Positions 17,649 through 34,355 of a DNA stretch of 64,000 bases are shown here, piece by piece. Numbering within the stretch: position 1 is the first letter of the stretch; each line of letters begins with the position of its first letter. A model generated the notes under the pieces. The model did no database searches, was not told where the DNA came from, and saw only the letters and a program-made list of their open reading frames with translations. The stretch is from NCBI RefSeq assembly GCF_009914755.1, contig NC_060930.1; one strand, given 5' to 3'. A program made the position numbers and the translations under genes. This stretch comes from the human T2T-CHM13v2.0 reference genome, Homo sapiens.

Positions 17649-17970
17649 GGCCAGGCATGGTGGCTCACACCTGTAATCCCAGCAATTTGGGAGGCTGAGG
17701 CCGGTGGATCACCTGAGGTCAGGAGTTCGAGACAAGACTGGCCAACATGGCGAAACCCCGTCTCTACTAAAAATATAAACTTAGTGGGCATGGTGGCATA
17801 TGCCTTTAATCCCAGCTACTCAGGAGGCTGAGGCAGGAGAATCGCTTGAACCCAGGAGGCGGAAGTTGCAGTGAGCCAAGATTGAGCCATTGCACCCCAG
17901 CCTGGGTGACAAGAGCGAAATTCCAAACTCTGTCTCAAAACAAAAACAAACAAACAAACAAACAAAAAAC
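17649..17970 (+). mobile_element. Alu (AluS)
   Basis: Alu dimer with (AAAC)n tail; TSD core ccaccaaca. Confidence 0.97.
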
Positions 17971-20293
17971 ACCCACCAACAGAAAATGAAGTGCTTAAGA
18001 TCCAGACAGTTACAACACGCAAGGTTGACCCTAACGGATACAAAATTGGTCCAGGATTTGCAATATTGCCCTGCTCTTCCCAGCGGGGGTTGCTGCGCAC
18101 CTGCGGTGACAGTTAAATGAAAAGGTAAGGCATAAGAATTTCATGCACAAGCACCTGTGACATCTCTAGGAAGCTCTGCTGACGCAGCTGCTCACATCTG
18201 AAGCCCACAGGTTCACCACGGGAGAAATGAAGGTCACTGGCTGACATTAAAACTGAATGGTTCACATTTCAAAGTACCAGTGGGGATAAAATATTTCTTC
18301 TATGCTTTCGTAAGTAACTGACCCCAGATAATATGGCAGCATAATCTATATCCTGTGACTTGGACTTCAAAATTGGACATTTCCCCTTATTTCTAACACC
18401 TCCTTAAAAATCTCCATTGATTTCTGACTAATTCATTGTTTTATCTGAGTTAAATAATTAACTCAATTAGTCTATTAAATTCAGAAGGGATTTTTAAAAG
18501 GAGATTGTTTCATGTGAAAATAGTTTGCTTTCTGTTTGTTGCACTGCATGAAACAGATTTTCCTTTAAGTCAGCATTTATTTAAACCTCTTTGATGCAAA
18601 GTCTTGTGCTGGCCACGGTAGGGAGGACCAGTCACACTGGCATGTCAGTCAATTTGGGTCTTGCCCTGCAAGCAGCCTGCAATTTTGCAGAGCAGCAGAC
18701 TTGGAGGCAGCTCTGTATTTTTCTACTCTTACTGGTTTTTAAAGACAGACACACAGGACAACAGCGAGTTCAACTTTTTCTTTTCTCTGAATCTCACTTT
18801 ACTGCTACATTCTCCTTTTCACATGCAAATCCACCTTCCGGCCTCACCAGATAGCCTTGCTTTTCGCTGTACAGAGAAAGCCAGGACCATGCAGGTTGGA
18901 GGGTAAGGTGTAATGAAAGAATAGCAATGCAAGCCATGTAGACTTTGGTTTGTAGATTGGTTTAACCACTTCCTTGTGGTGTGATCAGATGTAATTTTTT
19001 TAATGTGATAGATTCAATTTCTTCATTTATAAGATGGAAGCCCTAATTATTTTAAATCAATGTAGCTAAAAAATTACAGGTCATTAAGCACTGCATCTGA
19101 ATCTCAAAGGGAGCATGGTGATCACCTGTTATTGAAGGCTTTATGCAAAGATTCTTTCTGGAAGGGTTTATAGCAGCTCTCCCTCAAGACTGGATTAGAT
19201 GAGGGTGTGTCACACTTTTCAGAAAAGAATCACTCCTGGCATAAGGAGATAGAATTTACTCCTATGGGGCCTGGGGCACAGTGTGAAGTAGCCTGCTTCA
19301 AGCTAGAAGATATATCTTTGAAGTTTTCTCTTTCATCTTAAAAAGTTGTAAGATTTTCCATTCGACTCTAGAACATACCCTTGTTTATTATAATATAAAC
19401 ATATTTGGGTCTACTGGGAGAAATATATAGCTCTGTGTGCACAAACACTGGTGCTACAACACATAAAAATCTTCCAACAATTTCCATGACAGAAAGAAAA
19501 CCACTTACTGTGAAAGGCTATGTTAAAGATTCCAGTTTAACTTTTTGTACGTATACCTGAGTTTCTCACCATGCTCCTCAGAGTCTGATGACTGGATAAA
19601 CTATCAGATCCCATCTGATCCCTAAATTTTAAGAAAATCTTAAGTTGATGGAAAGTAGCTATTGGTAATGTCAAAAATCAGACTGACAAAGAACTTACAC
19701 AGTAATTCTAAGTCACAACAGAATGCCAGCTATAGCCAGAATTAATATGTGAATTGACAAAAGAAGCTTAAGACATAACAAATGCATTCAAAGGGAATTG
19801 TAACTAAGATCTCCATTCCCTATCTCTCTTTGTTCAATGAATGAATGAAAGCATACCAAAATCCAGTCAAATTATCTTTAAGTCATTCTCCCCCAGGAAC
19901 ACCTGGAGAAAGTACAAATGGACTTTGAGATAAATCTTTGCTAATCCCCAGGCCCAAGTAAATCTTTTAAGTCTGCAATCCATTGTGGCATTGCTTCAAT
20001 AAGCCGAATGAATTTTATTTTAGGACAAATTTGAAGGCAATTATGAAACCATTTATATCAAACAACAATGACATCAAAAACATAAGTCTTTATTGGAAGG
20101 GTTGAGGGAAATAACATGGTAGAACAGATTTTTAAATTTAATGCCCAACAGGGACCTGGGTTTTCAAACATGTGTCTCGAAGGTTAATTTCCGACTAAGC
20201 AAATCGGGCTATTTTTCGGTCTGCTTCAGCTTTGGAAACTAAGGAATAATGATTAAAGGTGAGATAACATACAGAGATTCACTAGCTGCCTTC

Positions 20294-21079
20294 TATCGAT
20301 GAAAAGAGTCAAACTCTGTAAAATATTTAAAGAGATTTATTTTGAGCCAAATATGAGTGACAATGGTCCATGACACAGCCCTCAGGAGGTCCTGAGAACA
20401 TACCCAAGGTGGCTGGGGCACAGCTTGGTTTTATACATGTTAAGGAGGCATGAGACATCAATCAAACACATTTAAGAAATACATTAGTTTGGTCGAGAAA
20501 GGTGGGACAACTCAAAGCTGGGGGCTTCCAGCCTATAGGTAAATTTAAACACTTCCCTGGTTGACATTTGGTTGAGTTTGTCTAAAGACCTGGGAGGGAT
20601 AGAAAGGGAATGTTCAGGTTAAGACAAAAGACTGTGGAGACCAAGGTTCTTCTGAGGTCTTATAATGGCTACCCTTAGAGACAATAGAGGACAAATGTCT
20701 CCTATTCAGATCTTTAAAAAGTGCTAGATTTTTAGTTAATCTCTTTAGGATTGGGAGGGCCTGGAAGAAAAATATCTAGCTATGTTATCTAGATAGAAAA
20801 ATATCTAGCTAGCTATAAACAGATGCAAATTTTCCCCCACAAAGGACAGCTTTGTAGGGCCATTTCAAGATACAGCAAAGAAACATGTTTTGGGCTAAAA
20901 TATTTTGTTTTTCTTCCTTGTCTCATAATGTTATCCCGAAGTCAGTTTGGAAAGTAGTCACAATAAATAGGGTTAAATAAAACCTATCTGATGAGAATAT
21001 ACGAATTGTAGGGCATGACTCCCCAGACTCCTTAGATAGAAATTTGGGTATGATAAAAAAAATCAGAGTTTAGTCCTCA
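20294..21079 (-). mobile_element. Solo ERV1 LTR, MER4 group (MER4D/E-like)
   Basis: Minus strand starts tgaggactaaactctgatttttt; other end gatgaaaagagtcaaactctgtaaaatattt...gagccaaatatgagtgac; about 785 bp. Confidence 0.85.
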
Positions 21080-21596
21080 ATATCTTGATAAGGATTTTTC
21101 TATTTTGTATGTTTTCAATTTTTACCCTTTAAAAAATTTAGAAAACTGGCACTGTAAAGGGAGATTGAAGGAGCAGAAATATCAATTTCGTTTGGGAGAC
21201 ACTGACAGAGGGTGAGCCCCAAGACACACATGCTGGCTAGGGAAAGAATTCCGGTATCCCTTTGGCTTACCTGTGCCATTTTTATATGACTTAGGCACCC
21301 AAAAAAGTCCTGAACCTTCTGTTGTAACTTCTATTGGAAAGACTAAACAAGGCAGCTATTTTGCCTTCAAGTGCTAGACTTACTGTGCTTAATCCAGTTC
21401 TTGCTTTTTGTTCAGCTTGTTATGCTTATATTCATAAACCTCAAACTATCAACTGACAACCCTGAAGGGTGAAGAGCAAGTCACTACTGTTGGTAAGGAG
21501 AGGAGAACACAAGGCTTGATGGCCAGAAGGGAACCTGCAGCTTCACAAAAAACCTCAGGACATTCTGGTTCCCAGATAGTTCACTTTTTCCCTTAA

Positions 21597-21915
<319 letters not shown>

Positions 21916-22422
21916 TAAGAAAGAGTAAAATATTTTATGTCAAATGTAAACTCAAAGGACACAAATCATGTACCTGAATTAAACTGTAAACCTAAAATCT
22001 GGCCATGAGTCACACATGTCTCTTATACATCGGCCTACATGTTACAACATATATGTGATTTGGTAGGCGCATCATTGCAGACTTCATCTTTGATTTCTGC
22101 ATTTGTCAACAGACAGAACTAAATACAAGTATTTTTGCAACTGTCTCAATCAATTTATAAGCTATGAAGAAGTCTTATTCCTCCCTCCTGCAGTCCTTAG
22201 AACCAGTCAGAGCCTTGGAGATGACCTACTTAAAATCCTGGATTTTACACGGAAACCAAAGGCCAAAGAAATTGTGGTATTCTCTTAAGGTCAAAAAGTT
22301 AGCTTTGTGGCATTAGAGCACTTGAATTATTATTAAAAAGGTAAATGAAAGAGTTATCAGTCTCTTACTATATAGAAGTATATTTGTAAAGCACAAAAAC
22401 ATAAAATTCTTACTTTCATTAG

Positions 22423-23337
<915 letters not shown>

Positions 23338-24116
23338 GTATAAGGAGTACGCAGAAACTATATTTACAGATAAATTAATACTATCCTCCGATTTTCATCT
23401 ATTATGTGGTTAATTATGTCTAATTTGATTAATGATGTATGATTAATACATATATATACACATAAGTAAAACAATTATAAGAATAAAAAATAGATTTAAA
23501 ACACCCTTTTATTTTTAAGTCTGTAATTATGAATTTGATTTATCTCCAGGAAAATATAATATTTTAAAATAAAGACCAAAGCAACATATTTAAACATAAA
23601 TTCAAAAGACAGTAAACTGTATATTTATAAAGGACACCGTGATATTATGAATAGTGAATGAGAAAGCAATTGCTGAAACCAGATCTGTTTTGTAGACTTT
23701 TTGTATAGCTTTCATATGGAGAAAGTTTCACATTGTTCTCTCACAATAAAAATGCAAATAAGCCAGTGAGAAATTCTTGTATTCATAAATAACAAAATAA
23801 TAAAAAATCTCCTTTATCAAATAGGCAAAGACAAAAATTATGCTGAAAGAGAGGCAGGAGGGAGCCCTCTCAAACATGGGAAGCCAGATCAGAACTAGAG
23901 CAGTGTTTCTGGAAAGGAAGGTGACAATATGGATCAAGAACCTCAAAAATGTCCATTACCGTGGACCTGCAATCACTGTTATGACCGTATTCTTAGAGCC
24001 AAGGCATGCAGTCAATGATGTCTGTAAAATAATATGGTTTTCAGTCTTATTTGTTTTTTTTTTTTTTTTTTAACTGTGAGTAAATGCTCAAAAGTGGGGA
24101 AATGGTTAAATAGAAC

Positions 24117-24750
24117 TGAGACAGCCAAGGTACCCAAGGGGGTACCCGGAGAAAGTGACCAGCCTGTGCACTGGGAGAAAGGGATGGAGCCTTGGGAAGT
24201 TCATGCTGTTTGGGGTGGGGAGGAGCCTGGCCTCTCCTGATCTGGGTAGTACCTGGGATTTCAGCTGGTGAGGTGGGAAAACCTGCCTGGTTTCTGTTTA
24301 GCCCTTAGGAAAGGAAACCTAGAGGTGGTTAGTGAGGGCGTTGGCATAACAGGCCTGTCTGACCTCTCACCCCATCATGGCTGGAACTCAGCTTCCAAGG
24401 TGTCTCCACGGTCCCCCTGACCAGGAGGGAGTCTGTTCAGTCAGTTGGAGGCTTAATATTTTACTTTTATTTTCCAGTATGATAAGGAGTTCACAGAAAC
24501 TATATTTACAGATAAATTAATACTATACTCTGATTTTCATCTATTATTTTAATCCATATTCATTTTGCCTTATAGATTTTCATCTATATTCATCTTGCTT
24601 TGCTGAGAGTCCCTGTTACCCTTTTTCTTTTCCTTTTTGCCCAATAAATTCCATTTTTCTCACCCTTCAAAGAGTCTGCGGGCCTAATTTTTCATGGTTG
24701 TGTGACAAGGACTCTGTTTTTAGCTGAACTAAGGAGAAAGTCCTACAACA
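24117..24750 (+). mobile_element. Solo ERV1 LTR (MER61-like) disrupted by a ~310-bp insertion
   Basis: tgagacagccaag...cagcctgtgcactgggag...ggaggagcctggcctctcctg, and 3' half cttgctttgctgagagtcc...aataaa...tagctgaactaaggagaaagtcctacaaca; TG...CA termini. Confidence 0.75.
24285..24547 (+). repeat. Direct copy (~92% identical) of 23146-23405
   Basis: Hand alignment gives about 20 substitutions plus one 3-bp indel over ~260 bp; includes unique non-LTR flank. Confidence 0.95.
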
Positions 24751-24828
24751 GCATATCCCCACATAACGGAATTTTAGGTACCTATTTTTAAAAAACTGTT
24801 TTCATGGCAGAGAAAATTTATTATGATT

Positions 24829-25130
24829 TTCATTTTTTATTTTTTTGAGACAGGGTCTCACTTTGTCACCCAGGCTGGAGTGCAGTGGCACAAACAGCTC
24901 AATGCAGCCTTGACCTCCCAGGCTCAAGCCGTTCTCCTGCCTCAGCCTCCCAGGTAGCTGGGACTACAGGTGCATGCCATCATGCCTGGCTAATTTTTAT
25001 ATTTTTTGTAGGGACAGGGTCTTGCCATGTTGCCCAGGCTGGTCTTGAACTCCTGAGCTCAAGCAATCTGCCTGCCTGGCCTCCCAAAGTTCTGGGATTA
25101 CAGGCATGAGCTGCCACGTGCATGCCTGGC
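24829..25130 (-). mobile_element. Alu (AluJ)
   Basis: Antisense Alu with J-type features; TSD cagagaaaatttat. Confidence 0.95.
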
Positions 25131-25184
25131 ACAGAGAAAATTTATCATAATGTCCTGCTAAATGGAAAAAGCATGATACGAAAC

Positions 25185-25217
25185 TATATATATATATATA
25201 TATATACATACACACAC
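25185..25217 (+). repeat. (TA)n/(CA)n microsatellite
   Basis: Visible dinucleotide run. Confidence 0.9.
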
Positions 25218-25325
25218 AATATAATTATACAGCACACACACACTGCAAATAGGCATAATCAAGATATTGCAAAAAAATTAACCAGAAATTTTACTAAGCA
25301 TGAGGGTAAAAATAACTTCTAACAC

Positions 25326-25889
<564 letters not shown>

Positions 25890-26775
25890 TAGTCGCTTCT
25901 ATTTATAAATTCTCCCAAAGGCAATCATATGAACAAAATTAATGTGACAATATTATTTTTCCAGCAATTATCACCCTGTGTATCTGGGAAGTAAGTGGCT
26001 CATTCTCTTCGAAAGATGTTGCCAGTTATTAATACGAAAGTGACAGCATAACAGCAGGAAACGGGGAGGGCAACGCTCTTAGTAAGATAATACCATCATC
26101 ACCACATATTTTAATGTCATGTTTACCAACCTTAATGGAAAGTTTAAAATACTGGCTGATGAGCTGTTTTCTGACTTACAGAAGAGTATTTTGAATTTTT
26201 CCTTTGAAAAACTGAACAGTGACTTAAATTACCTGCTGCTATCAGCGCAGTCAAGCCCTCGCTTTTAGCACTTTTCAATCCCTTTCCCGAAACACCAGAA
26301 TCCCCATCTTAGCTGTTCTTCTTGCATGTTGAAAGCGTTAGCCATACACAGTCATTCACCTTGCCAAGAGAGGCTGAAGCGCTATATTTTAAAGGCAATG
26401 TTGTGGTGCTTCCTGCCACAGCAGTGACTAAACATGCAGCAAAGAGAAAATCACGTCTCATTTTTATTCCTTCTTGGAAACAGGTTTGTTCAACAGATGC
26501 TGTTAAGGTTTTTGGGCTTCTATTAATCAACATTTTAATTTTAATTTATTAGAGAATAGAAATAGCCTGATAGGAGTGTGAATATTTGCTTATCACGAAA
26601 TCACAGAGTTTAAAGCAACTTTAAAAGACCATCTAATACAGTTCCAAAAGCCAGAGAGAGACAACACTTAAAATGATTAGGGTATATGACTATTTTTGCT
26701 TAAAAGTCTGAAACAATAGATTCTTTGACTTTATTCATTAATTCATTTTGGCATTTCATTAAAAAGTTCTTTCTG

Positions 26776-27105
<330 letters not shown>

Positions 27106-27532
27106 TCACTATTGCAATTTGAGCTTCTTAGCCAACTTCAAAGAACATGTAACGAAGCTAATTTCTTTTCTCTGTCCATTCGGAAAGTGTAGAGTAAGGA
27201 ATTGTACTCTGAATTGCCTACTCTGCAGAGCAAACAGACTCAGTTTCTTCCACTTTGTCCTTGGCTCCTACACCGCAATTCGTATTGAGTCGTTTTCCCT
27301 TTTTTTACTAACAGGCCATCTCCACATTTGCTTGCTTTTCTTGTGTTCACTGGGATTAGAAATAACAAGGTCCCAAACTAGCTACTTGCTTTCATTTTGA
27401 GTGCATGAATGTGTGCGAAGCCTCAGCATAAATATAGGCAAATATGGAGAACTGAAATGTATGGAAAAGACATTTTAAAAATAAAATGTATGGGCTACAT
27501 GTTGTGGTGTTCATAAATTTTTTTTCCATTCC

Positions 27533-27693
27533 TGGCCGGGTGCAGTGGCTCACGCCTGTAATCCCAGCACTTTGGGAGGCTGAGGTGGGCAGATCACCTG
27601 AGGTCAGGAGTTCAAGACCAGCCTGGCCAACATGGGGAAACCCTGTCTCTACTACAAATACAAAAAATTAGCTGGGTGTGGTGGCACATGCCT
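27533..27693 (+). mobile_element. Alu, 3'-truncated (left arm plus start of right arm)
   Basis: Stops abruptly at gcacatgcct; no tail. Confidence 0.93.
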
Positions 27694-28011
27694 AATGTTA
27701 ACATTTTAAATGTTAGCACCATATTTTAATTTTATTTTGGAACTTAATGGATGAGTTTACATTTTATACTCAAATATGTGAGCTTATATTTTAATATCAA
27801 CTAAGATTACATACACTATTTTAGATATGCCATCTCCCATCTTAGGACCCTATTTACCTACTTAAACTAAGTCACTGGCATTTTAAATTGTTTCCTCACA
27901 TTAAAATATACCCAAATTGGGCAGACGCATCAAAATAAAGCAGACACTCCCCAGGAAAGAGAGTTCACTGAGGAAGGCTCGTGTGGCAGAACAATATTGG
28001 GAAAGTAAGGA

Positions 28012-28222
<211 letters not shown>

Positions 28223-28767
28223 TCACACACATGGATCCCGGCTGCTCATTTTTCCTCTAAATGTTTCCACAGTAAACAATCTCTTTGGACAAGAGAAGAA
28301 ATCTGTTACGAGGTGTGAGATGGAAATAAATCAGCATCAAACCTTTCCCAGGAACGGATGACCTTGTGCCAAAGTGGTCAACAATTCTGTTTTAGAAGGG
28401 CCCTGAGTCTCTGCTATTCTTTTGCTCTTTAAGCGAGGGAGCTGGAGAAATACGCTGTGACCTTCTTTAAGCCATGCCCCTCGATGATAATAAGTGAGTC
28501 TAGAAGAATCACACGATGTGGAGGTGGGAGGAAGCCTCTCACTAATGAGGAAAGGGAGACGTGAAGCCATGAAATGAGGTGCCCACGGGTCAAACAGTAA
28601 GAGGTGAAGCCAAGAAGTAACCCAAGCTCCCCGCAGGGAAATCCAGTGCTTTTTCTCCAGTATCACTACATGGTTAGTCATTTAGCGGAGTCAGGAATTG
28701 AGAGAGCCCTACTGTAAATAGCCACACAAGTACACATGGACTCCTGGTAGACACAGAAGTGCAGCAG

Positions 28768-29037
28768 AGGCCCGGCGCGTTGGCTCGCGCCTGTAATCCC
28801 AGCACTTTGGGAGGTTGAGGCGGGCGGATCACCTGGGGTCAGGAGTTCGAGACCAGCCTGGCCAATGTGGCGAAACCCCATCTCTACTAAAAATACAAAA
28901 ATTAGCCGGGCATGGCGGCACATGACTGTAATCCTAGCTACTCGAGAGGCTGAGGCAGGAAATCGCTTGAGCCCGGCTGAGGCAGGAGAATCACTTGAGG
29001 TTGCAATGAGCTGAGATCACCCCACTAAATTCCAGCC
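28768..29037 (+). mobile_element. Alu (AluS), internally rearranged and tailless
   Basis: ggctgaggcagga..aatc.cttgag occurs twice; ends at tccagcc without poly-A. Confidence 0.92.
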
Positions 29038-29578
29038 GAGAGTTTAGCAGAGCATGGCTCTCCCAGCCCCATCTGGAGTCTGCCCCTTTTCTGCCTGGCA
29101 TCAACACCCCAGCATTCCTGCGAAGACTCTGCCGCCCACCCTCTGTGCCAGGCAACTGGAATGCTCCAATCCAGTATCTTGCTGCTTCTTAGTTCCTTTC
29201 CCCAGCCAGGTCCTGCCACATACTCCCTCATTTTAGCTTTTCACATAGGTCACGTTCTTTTGATTGATAATATTCTCCCTTCTCAACCACGTTTTTTCTT
29301 CACTTTTTTCTGTTCTAACTTCTGTATTTGTTCTCACTCTCCTTCTGTTCACTCACACACCAAGGCGTTTGGCCAGCAATTGCTTTACTTCTTGTCCCAC
29401 AGTCTGCATGCCTTCCATGATACTAACATCTGTGAAGCTAAATTTTTTGCTACTGAAAAAAAAAATACATATATTTTACTGGATGACAGAATAACCCCTG
29501 CATACCACACATACTCCTAATTCCACTTGCGTTTAACTACCTGAAATGTGGGAAGGATTTTCCCTTAAAACACTTGAT

Positions 29579-30168
<590 letters not shown>

Positions 30169-30354
30169 TGACATATACTTCTTAAGTGAAAAACAATAGA
30201 TTAATCAACGCTATTTAATCAATGTTATTTATCATTTATTTAATAAATGCTATATGTTATCCCCTTATACGTTTGACAGCAACATTTGATTTCTTCTTTT
30301 CCTGTTTATAATTTACTAACCTCATCCTCCTCTGACATGTGACACCATGAGCAA

Positions 30355-30548
30355 CAGCCCTTGGTCTGAAGCTGTAGTGTGCATCAGAATCACTCGGGTG
30401 GGAGGGGGCACGGACTTGCTAAACCAGAGATCGCTGAACCCACCCTGGGATTTTTGTGATTTCTGGGATGGCATCAAGATTCGCATTTCTAACAACTTGC
30501 CAGGTGATGTTGTTCCTACCGCTCAGGGGCCCACACTTGGGAAACCTG
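30355..30548. mobile_element. MER5A-like DNA transposon
   Basis: gtgtgcatcagaatcac...gcatttctaacaacttgccaggtgatg...ccacacttgggaa. Confidence 0.75.
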
Positions 30549-30642
30549 AGCTCCACCAATGTCAGAGGCAAAGTGAGTAAACTCTAGTTACTCTCTCGCA
30601 AGACCGCTGCTGTGGCAGGTCGCTTACCGTGTCTGAAAATAA

Positions 30643-30987
<345 letters not shown>

Positions 30988-31923
30988 TGAGTGTGCCATT
31001 TTGATGAGAGTATCCCAAAGCCAGGGATTTGGAACCCAGGCTATTCTTCACTACAAGTCTCACCAATCCCAGGTGGTATAATTTAGTTAACTAAACCTAT
31101 CCTATCTGGGGCAGTGGAATATCAGCCGGTCCTCACACCTGCAGTCCTCAGCCCATGGAGGCATGTGTGTGGAGTCTTGCTGGAGTGGACAGGATGTCCA
31201 GTGTGTGTGATGGGCCCAGGCTCAGGCATGCCTGTGGAGTCCTGCCCATGAGTCCAGGACCTTCCCCACAGCAGCATGGAAATCATGCTGGCTGATGTTT
31301 TTGTTTGGTTATGTTTTGTTTTCCTGAACATAGGATCCCATTCCTTTTACTCAATCTTTTGAAATGTGACAAATCCTTCAATGGCCAGCTCAAGGGTATT
31401 GAGAAAGAGATTTAAAACAATGTCTGAACACCAAAACGAAAAGTCTGAAGGACATGACTGACCCTTATGAAATACGCTGAGCTAGCTACGACTGGTTTTT
31501 GCAGACATGAAAAAAATCCTCTTTCAAAACATAAAGTAATTCCTCCAAAACAGCTGAGTTGGCAGGACTATTGAAAAAGTATTTCATATACAGATAAATA
31601 GATAGAAAGCACTTACGTTTTTTCTTAGCTTACAGAAAGCTGCAGTGGACATTCAGCTAACAAATCACAAATTGTTCTAACACCAGATAAAATTCAGCCA
31701 GATAAAAGCCTTTTTATTGGGGGTAGGTGTTTATAGATAATGGTTTAAGAAATTACAGATAGTTGAAAAATTCTAGTAACACATATAGTGTTGATAAAAC
31801 TAAAACTCACATTGCCAACCCTATATTAAATATGTATGCCTCAACAGTAAATTTCAGTGCTTTCTCCACCAATTTTTATGAAAGAATGTTTTTGTTGTAG
31901 TACTAGAATAACTGGCAAGAACT

Positions 31924-32760
<837 letters not shown>

Positions 32761-32789
32761 AACACCTTTTCTTGCAGGCTAATTTGCAG

Positions 32790-33133
<344 letters not shown>

Positions 33134-34059
33134 GATCTGGTCATTTCTGCTCCTGTACAATCAGTGGGCTGGATTGTTGAAGTCTTTTCTGACACTTCCA
33201 ATCTGTATTCAAAACCAGCAGACAATAAAGGAACACACAATAGAAGTGAGAAGGGCCTTTTTCGAAAATTCCACCTTGGGTGTCTGAGATGGCTTGTTCA
33301 CACATGGGTGTCATCTCACAGACAGTGGCATGATTCTTTGGGATTAACTGCCTCTGAATTCTGTTTTGTTTCTCTTAATTACTCAGTTTAAAAAATTAAA
33401 AAAGTCAAAGACAGGAAAGCTTTCTAGCTGGAGTCCAAGAAGGCTGGTCAGAAGGCTGGCACCACTGCACCACTGTGAGGTCACTGGGGCATAGCAGGGC
33501 CCAAGCCAAGTGGCCAAGAAACATCTCCAGCTGTGCTGAGCGACAGTGGTTATGCCTGAGGCAAGGCTGCTCAAGGTGGCATTGTTTGAGTTCTAGCGTG
33601 TGCAGGGGTTGGCCGGGGAAGTTGCTTCTCGGTCACTAGGGAAGCAGAGTATTCTGGGGGAGCAGCCGGGCAGTGTCCTCTTCATCAGGAAGCCCAGCTG
33701 TCAATTCTAGTGTGGCTGGAACAGAATCCTTTACGGCGGGTAAACTGAGTCTCAGAGCGGCCCACCCCACCTCTTACAAATGGTAGTTCACAGATAAATC
33801 AGCTACAGAAAGATTCCCCCACCTAACCAGGAGCTATAATTCCCAGGGGCTTACTCACATCATTTGTATACCAATAGTCACTTCTGGGAAACCTTAATTA
33901 GCGAAGAGAGCTAAAATCTATAACAGCAAATGGCCAGTTTTTTGTTTTTGTTTTTCCAAATGATAGCCTAAATGATTTTATACTTGAAAAAAATAAGGCT
34001 TTAGAAAATGTGCTTGGCTTTATATTGTGACACTGTTAAATGCCATAAGCGTTTTCAAC

Positions 34060-34355
34060 TTTATTTATTTTTTTGAGACACGGTCTCCCCCTGTAACCCA
34101 GGCTGGAATGCAGTGGCACGATCTTGGCTTACTGCAACCTACGCCTCCCAGTTTCAAGCAAATCTCATGTCTCAGCCTCCTGAATAGCTGGGATCATAGG
34201 TGTGTGCCACCATGCCTGGCTAATTTTTTGTATTTTTAGTAGAGATGAAGTTTTACCATGTTGGCCAGGCTGGTCTCGAGTTCCTGACCTCAAGTGATCC
34301 ACCCACCTCAGCCTTTCAAAGTGCTGGGAAAACAGGCAAGAGCCACTGCGCCCGG
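34060..34355 (-). mobile_element. Alu (AluS)
   Basis: Antisense Alu dimer. Confidence 0.95.

Noticed and set aside
26233-26400. Possible internal first exon: CAG|gtaatt donor with upstream AT-rich TATA-like stretch and a few CpGs
   Set aside because: No convincing acceptor, only short upstream ORFs, and motif matches are too weak without expression data.
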